Origin: Candidatus Binatia bacterium
GTDB taxonomy: Bacteria > Desulfobacterota > Binatia > HRBIN30
Direction of reading: 5' to 3'
DNA length: 64,000 nucleotides
NCBI GenBank assembly: GCA_038245295.1
Contig: JBBRSP010000006.1
Location: forward strand, 160,001 to 224,000
Shown here: one piece after another, positions 60,311-64,000 of the stretch
Numbering within the stretch: the first letter of the stretch is position 1
How the letters are laid out: each line of letters opens with the position of its first letter
Position numbers and translations under genes: made by a program
Notes under the pieces: model-generated
The model's input: only the letters and a program-made list of their open reading frames with translations
Databases searched by the model: none
What the model was told of the DNA's origin: nothing

Positions 60311-60780
60311 GAGGCGCTCCCGTCGCTCGGGTCCGTTGCCAGGAGCGCCGCCACTTTTTTTTGGACGTCGATGATGATCTCGGCTTTCTCCAGCTTGGCC
60401 TGGAGACGCGCGTTCTCACGTTCGAGTTGGGCGACGCGAGCGGCAAGCGGATTGGCAGTGGGCTTGCGGCCACGCCGTTTGGGCTCAAGGCTCTGCGCTT
60501 GTTGCTCGCGCCAGTTGGACAGGTGCGAGGAGTACAAGCCCTCGCGGCGCAACAGCGCTCCGATCGCTCCCGGTGACGTGCAGCGCTCTGCTTCACGCAC
60601 GATGCGAAGTTTGTAGTCGGCGCTGAATCGCCGGCGTGCCGCTTTGGCGCTGCTCACCTCCGGGTCCCGTCGCGCCGCCGCAGCAGGAGCTGACTGCGCT
60701 CCGGTCGCTATCGCTCCCTTCGCTCCGTCAGCCCCTGCTGCGGCCCCGTTGGTAGGTCTCCCGTCCGTACTGCCATGCAT
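60307..60780 (-). CDS. IS3 transposase OrfA
   Basis: RRRFSADYKLRIV, LLRREGLYSSHL, QKK. Confidence 0.9.
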   Translation of the reverse strand: MHGSTDGRPTNGAAAGADGAKGAIATGAQSAPAAAARRDPEVSSAKAARRRFSADYKLRIVREAERCTSPGAIGALLRREGLYSSHLSNWREQQAQSLEPKRRGRKPTANPLAARVAQLERENARLQAKLEKAEIIIDVQKKVAALLATDPSDGSAS

Positions 60781-60973
60781 TTGCTTGATTCGATTCTCCG
60801 CCCTCTACAGTAATTTCCCCAAGGGGAAATGTCTCACTGTCATTGGCAGAGAGGGCGATCTTCTCGCGAGCTCCTTTGACATCAGCGCCAAACGGCGTCG
60901 CTTCGAGGACCCGCCGCACGGTGATTGATTTCGGCCGAAGGAAGCCGGAAGACGGATCCCTAGATGCGTTGGG

Positions 60974-62089
60974 TTGCTGCCGCCGAGCAAGACGGTCATG
61001 CTAAGATCAGTGATGAGCAAGACAGACGATCGGTTCCTCCAACAAGCCCCCAGTTTCATCGATCAGGCCCTCGCGGCTCTCGGCGTAGGAGCCATGGTCG
61101 ACCTGCCGCCCATCGACAACTTGCCAAGTCCCGTCAACCCAGTCTGTGTTCGCGACCTTCTGCAGGTGTCCGATGAAGAGAAGGCTGATCTTGCAAGGAT
61201 GTTCTATGGCAGACAAGGCGTGGCGGCGTTCAGCTTGGCGAAACCCAGTTATGCTCGCAAGCACCCCCTGATAGAACTCGCTAGTCAGCTATCGGATGCG
61301 TTGCCGCTAATGTATCCAATCGCTCATCCTGGTGAGTCGGATAGAGGAGCTCTGACGCATTTTGGCAGCCCCGATGGCACCCTGAAAGTCTTTCAGCGAT
61401 CCGATCAAAAAACCTCGCTTCAGTCCGAAGAGTTGCACTTGCACCAGGATGGAGTCGGATTGGCGGGTGCTGTGGTAGCGGTCGGCCTGTATTGTGAAAG
61501 TGGGCCGCTTTGGGGTGGGCTGACGTGCTTTCAAAATGCGTTGCGTCTGGTCGTCGAACTCGCGCGGATCGATCTATCGGCCTTTGCATCCCTCTTTCTT
61601 CCCAGTGCGCTGACGATCCTTAGAACGGGAGGTAGGGCTCTTCAGGTCACAGGCCCCGTGCTTTACTTGAACACGATGGGGCAGCCGCAGTTATTCCTGA
61701 GAGCCGAAGGTGGAGAGTACGAGATGCGCTGGTTAAGCGACCCTGCAATATCACGGGCGAGGGACTTTCTGAGATATTATCTGCGACCTTTGGCGCCTTC
61801 ATCTAACTTTGTGCAGCTATCAGTGGAGGGCCAAGGCTGCTTTATTCGCAATGCGGTGGTACTGCATGGACGAACTCGGTTCGTGGAGGGCGATTCGCGA
61901 AAACGCATTTTGGCGAGAAAGTGGTTTGCGCTCACGGCGGCTGAAGCATTGATGAAGCAGGTTCCTGGTCTGCGAATCCTTGACGCGTATGCGGTCTTAC
62001 GCCCCGATCTCTTCGGGAAGGAGGTCTTGAGCGGCCACTGGAGATACGATGAAGCCGCCTTAGCGAACGTGGCACAAAAGTCCGAGTGA
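60974..62089 (+). CDS. TauD/clavaminate-synthase-like Fe(II)/2-oxoglutarate dioxygenase (start uncertain)
   Basis: LHQDG (HxD), LYC....GG.T, N..VLHGRT.F, R.L.R. Confidence 0.78.
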   Translation: MLPPSKTVMLRSVMSKTDDRFLQQAPSFIDQALAALGVGAMVDLPPIDNLPSPVNPVCVRDLLQVSDEEKADLARMFYGRQGVAAFSLAKPSYARKHPLIELASQLSDALPLMYPIAHPGESDRGALTHFGSPDGTLKVFQRSDQKTSLQSEELHLHQDGVGLAGAVVAVGLYCESGPLWGGLTCFQNALRLVVELARIDLSAFASLFLPSALTILRTGGRALQVTGPVLYLNTMGQPQLFLRAEGGEYEMRWLSDPAISRARDFLRYYLRPLAPSSNFVQLSVEGQGCFIRNAVVLHGRTRFVEGDSRKRILARKWFALTAAEALMKQVPGLRILDAYAVLRPDLFGKEVLSGHWRYDEAALANVAQKSE

Positions 62090-64000
62090 AGTGTCGAAAG
62101 AACGGGATGCCACGGCTGGGCTCAAGAGATCGGCTTCTTATCTTTTGCGGTGCCGGGATTTCTGTCGACGGACCTTCCCACCTGCCGAAGGCGGAAGAGC
62201 TCTCGCATCGGGTACTCGACATGCTTGTTGACCCCGGTGATCGAGTGGTGGACGCGCAAAGCCTTGAGCACCTTCGCTCGGCTGCCGACACGCTAAGGCT
62301 TGAGCTTGTTCTGGAACTGCTTGCTGATCACATGGATCCGCGGGTTCTGGTCGAGGTCTTCGCAATGTTACGATCGGCGCAGCCAAACCCAAATCATTTC
62401 GCGCTTGCCGCTGGGCAGTTTGATATTCTTACGACCAACCAAGATCTCTTGATCGAAGCTGCTGCTGCCACCCTGGATCTTCCATCGAACGTGCTGCATC
62501 TCCATGGTCGATGCGATCGACCAACAACCATAATCACTTTGATCAGCCAATATGTTGCGGGCCTTCCAGAACCGCTGTCGCGTCAATTCAAACAGAAACT
62601 CGAGGAGAGGCATGTTCTTGTTCTCGGCTACAGCGGACGCGATCGCGATATCATGCCATTGATTGAGCACTCATCAGCCAAGCACATCGAGTGGATACTA
62701 CATCCTGGCGCACCTGAATCGCCAGAACTGCGACGCCTTCGAAGCCGCCTGGGTGACCGCATAACCGTATGCTCGGAGTGGGCGTGTATGAGCCTCATGC
62801 GTCTGTTGACGTTGCGTCAACGCGCCATGGTGCTCCGCGGGGTCAAAAAGCTTACGATGGAACCGGCCCTCCACGATCAGGTTCAGGTTTCAACACAATT
62901 TGCCTCAATCGGACGTCTGGAGCGAAATCTCGGGCTTGCCGCTGTCTTGCGGCATGCCTCATTTTACCGTGATGCTGAGCGAATATATGCGGCACTCGGC
63001 GGCACAGAAGATAACGCCCCCGCGTCGCTGCGCCTTGCAATCGCGTCGTCGCGCCTGTTTCAGCAGCACTTCGACGACGCTGTTTCGGGTTTTGACAGGG
63101 TGCTATCTACGCCCGGCGCTGGCTTTCATGAGCGCGCGGACGCACTACTTGGGAAAGTTGAGGCATTCCGCAATACCTCGCAGGGTGTTGCTGCGGTTCG
63201 CTCGTTGCGCGACTTGTTGCGGATTGCCGCCAAGATGCCGCGGGGCCGAAAGCGTGCTCGGTGTTTTGGGCGAGCAGCCAGTCACGCTGGCGGAATCGCC
63301 AGGGTCGACGGTAACCTTGCCGAAGCGGCCGTACAGTATTCCTCCGCAGTCGCCTGGTTTCGTCGCAGTAGAGATCTCGACGAGCAGCTAGAGAATAAAT
63401 GCTGGCGAGGAGACGTTCTGAGGATGCGTGGACATTATCGACGCGCCCATGCCATGGTTTCAGACGTTCTCGAAGATTCGATGCTTTACGTCCGCCACCG
63501 CGTGCGTGCGTGGGCGTACCTCGTGAGCGCAGACATAGACTGTGGACGCGGCCAGATAGTGGAATCTGCTCGCTGGCTAGCACTTGCGGCCCAAGAGTTC
63601 AGTTCCTCGGAGAACCCTCAAGGCCTCGTGTGGACCGATCTCGTTCGAGCAACGTTATTGCGGACGAGGGGGGATCTCAGTGAGGCAGAGGGAGCACTCG
63701 ACGATGCCGAGCGACGGAGTCGCGATGGCGCGGCTCCTCGGCATCTCGCGCAGGCGCGGTTGCATCTTGAGCGGGCCGAAGTGGCCCGAGGCAAGCATCA
63801 GGGGGACATGATCGGCCACCATCTTCGACAGCTGACGGACCTTCTCCACTCGTCAAAACACTTCTCGACAAGACCTGAGTATCTCTACCTTCAAGCAGCG
63901 CTCGTGAACGCAGAATTCGAGCGTGATCGAGGTCGCGATATGGCAAACGACCTCTCTTCTCTTGGCGTGAAATTCGAAAGGCTCGGACTCAAGGGGTTAT
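62086..64000 (+). CDS. SIR2-like domain plus TPR-like helical repeats, runs off the right edge
   Basis: Not in the ORF track. Manual translation is open to the window end: IFCGAGISV, TTNQD, LHLHG, VLGYSGRD. GTGA overlap with the TauD stop; alternative ATG at 62107. Confidence 0.85.
   Translation, partial: MKCRKNGMPRLGSRDRLLIFCGAGISVDGPSHLPKAEELSHRVLDMLVDPGDRVVDAQSLEHLRSAADTLRLELVLELLADHMDPRVLVEVFAMLRSAQPNPNHFALAAGQFDILTTNQDLLIEAAAATLDLPSNVLHLHGRCDRPTTIITLISQYVAGLPEPLSRQFKQKLEERHVLVLGYSGRDRDIMPLIEHSSAKHIEWILHPGAPESPELRRLRSRLGDRITVCSEWACMSLMRLLTLRQRAMVLRGVKKLTMEPALHDQVQVSTQFASIGRLERNLGLAAVLRHASFYRDAERIYAALGGTEDNAPASLRLAIASSRLFQQHFDDAVSGFDRVLSTPGAGFHERADALLGKVEAFRNTSQGVAAVRSLRDLLRIAAKMPRGRKRARCFGRAASHAGGIARVDGNLAEAAVQYSSAVAWFRRSRDLDEQLENKCWRGDVLRMRGHYRRAHAMVSDVLEDSMLYVRHRVRAWAYLVSADIDCGRGQIVESARWLALAAQEFSSSENPQGLVWTDLVRATLLRTRGDLSEAEGALDDAERRSRDGAAPRHLAQARLHLERAEVARGKHQGDMIGHHLRQLTDLLHSSKHFSTRPEYLYLQAALVNAEFERDRGRDMANDLSSLGVKFERLGLKGL

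Larger units (their letters stand above)
59156..60848 (-). mobile_element. IS3-family insertion sequence
   Basis: Inverted repeats CGTCAATGAAAGTGAGACA and TGTCTCACTGTCATTGGCA; OrfA/OrfB; A8 slippery run at 60355-60362. Confidence 0.88.
12261..64000. mobile_element. Composite genomic island integrated at the ssrA 3' end; right boundary not seen
   Basis: Integrase abutting tmRNA, followed by mobility, defence and accessory genes only. No second copy of the ssrA 3' end was noticed in the window. Confidence 0.8.

Noticed and set aside
59390..60616. 408-aa plus-strand ORF
   Set aside because: Antisense shadow of the IS3 transposase

Overview
GC-rich bacterial window. The C-terminal dockerin-like CxGxC..VTVN..VNIALG module suggests Candidatus Binatia or a relative (inference only). 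Positions 1-11.8 kb are chromosomal: lipid metabolism genes, REP/MITE repeats, two pseudogenes (CYP130-like P450 and ppnN), a RelE-like/helicase/ankyrin gene, NnrU and an ADP-ribosylglycohydrolase. tmRNA lies at 11886-12260, and a composite genomic island inserted at its 3' end runs past the right edge. The island holds: (i) a coupled operon joining a Ubl-E2-JAB/E1 module to a VirD4-like ATPase, replication-relaxation protein, excisionase and integrase; (ii) a nested primase/replicase/integrase element with an apparently intact tRNA-targeting attP; (iii) a Ppl-like PHP-ATPase; (iv) the best candidate for a new system: PPTase, ACP-like protein, HTH, IrrE fused to a chagasin-like domain, papain-like protease, thymidylate-synthase-like enzyme and MazG, facing an aGPT-Pplase1 (5hmU DNA kinase family) gene; (v) a three-gene nuclease-helicase cassette between duplicated gene ends; (vi) large surface proteins; (vii) an IS3 element; (viii) a TauD-like dioxygenase coupled to a SIR2-TPR gene missing from the ORF track. 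All family calls come from motif recognition by eye; no database searches were run.
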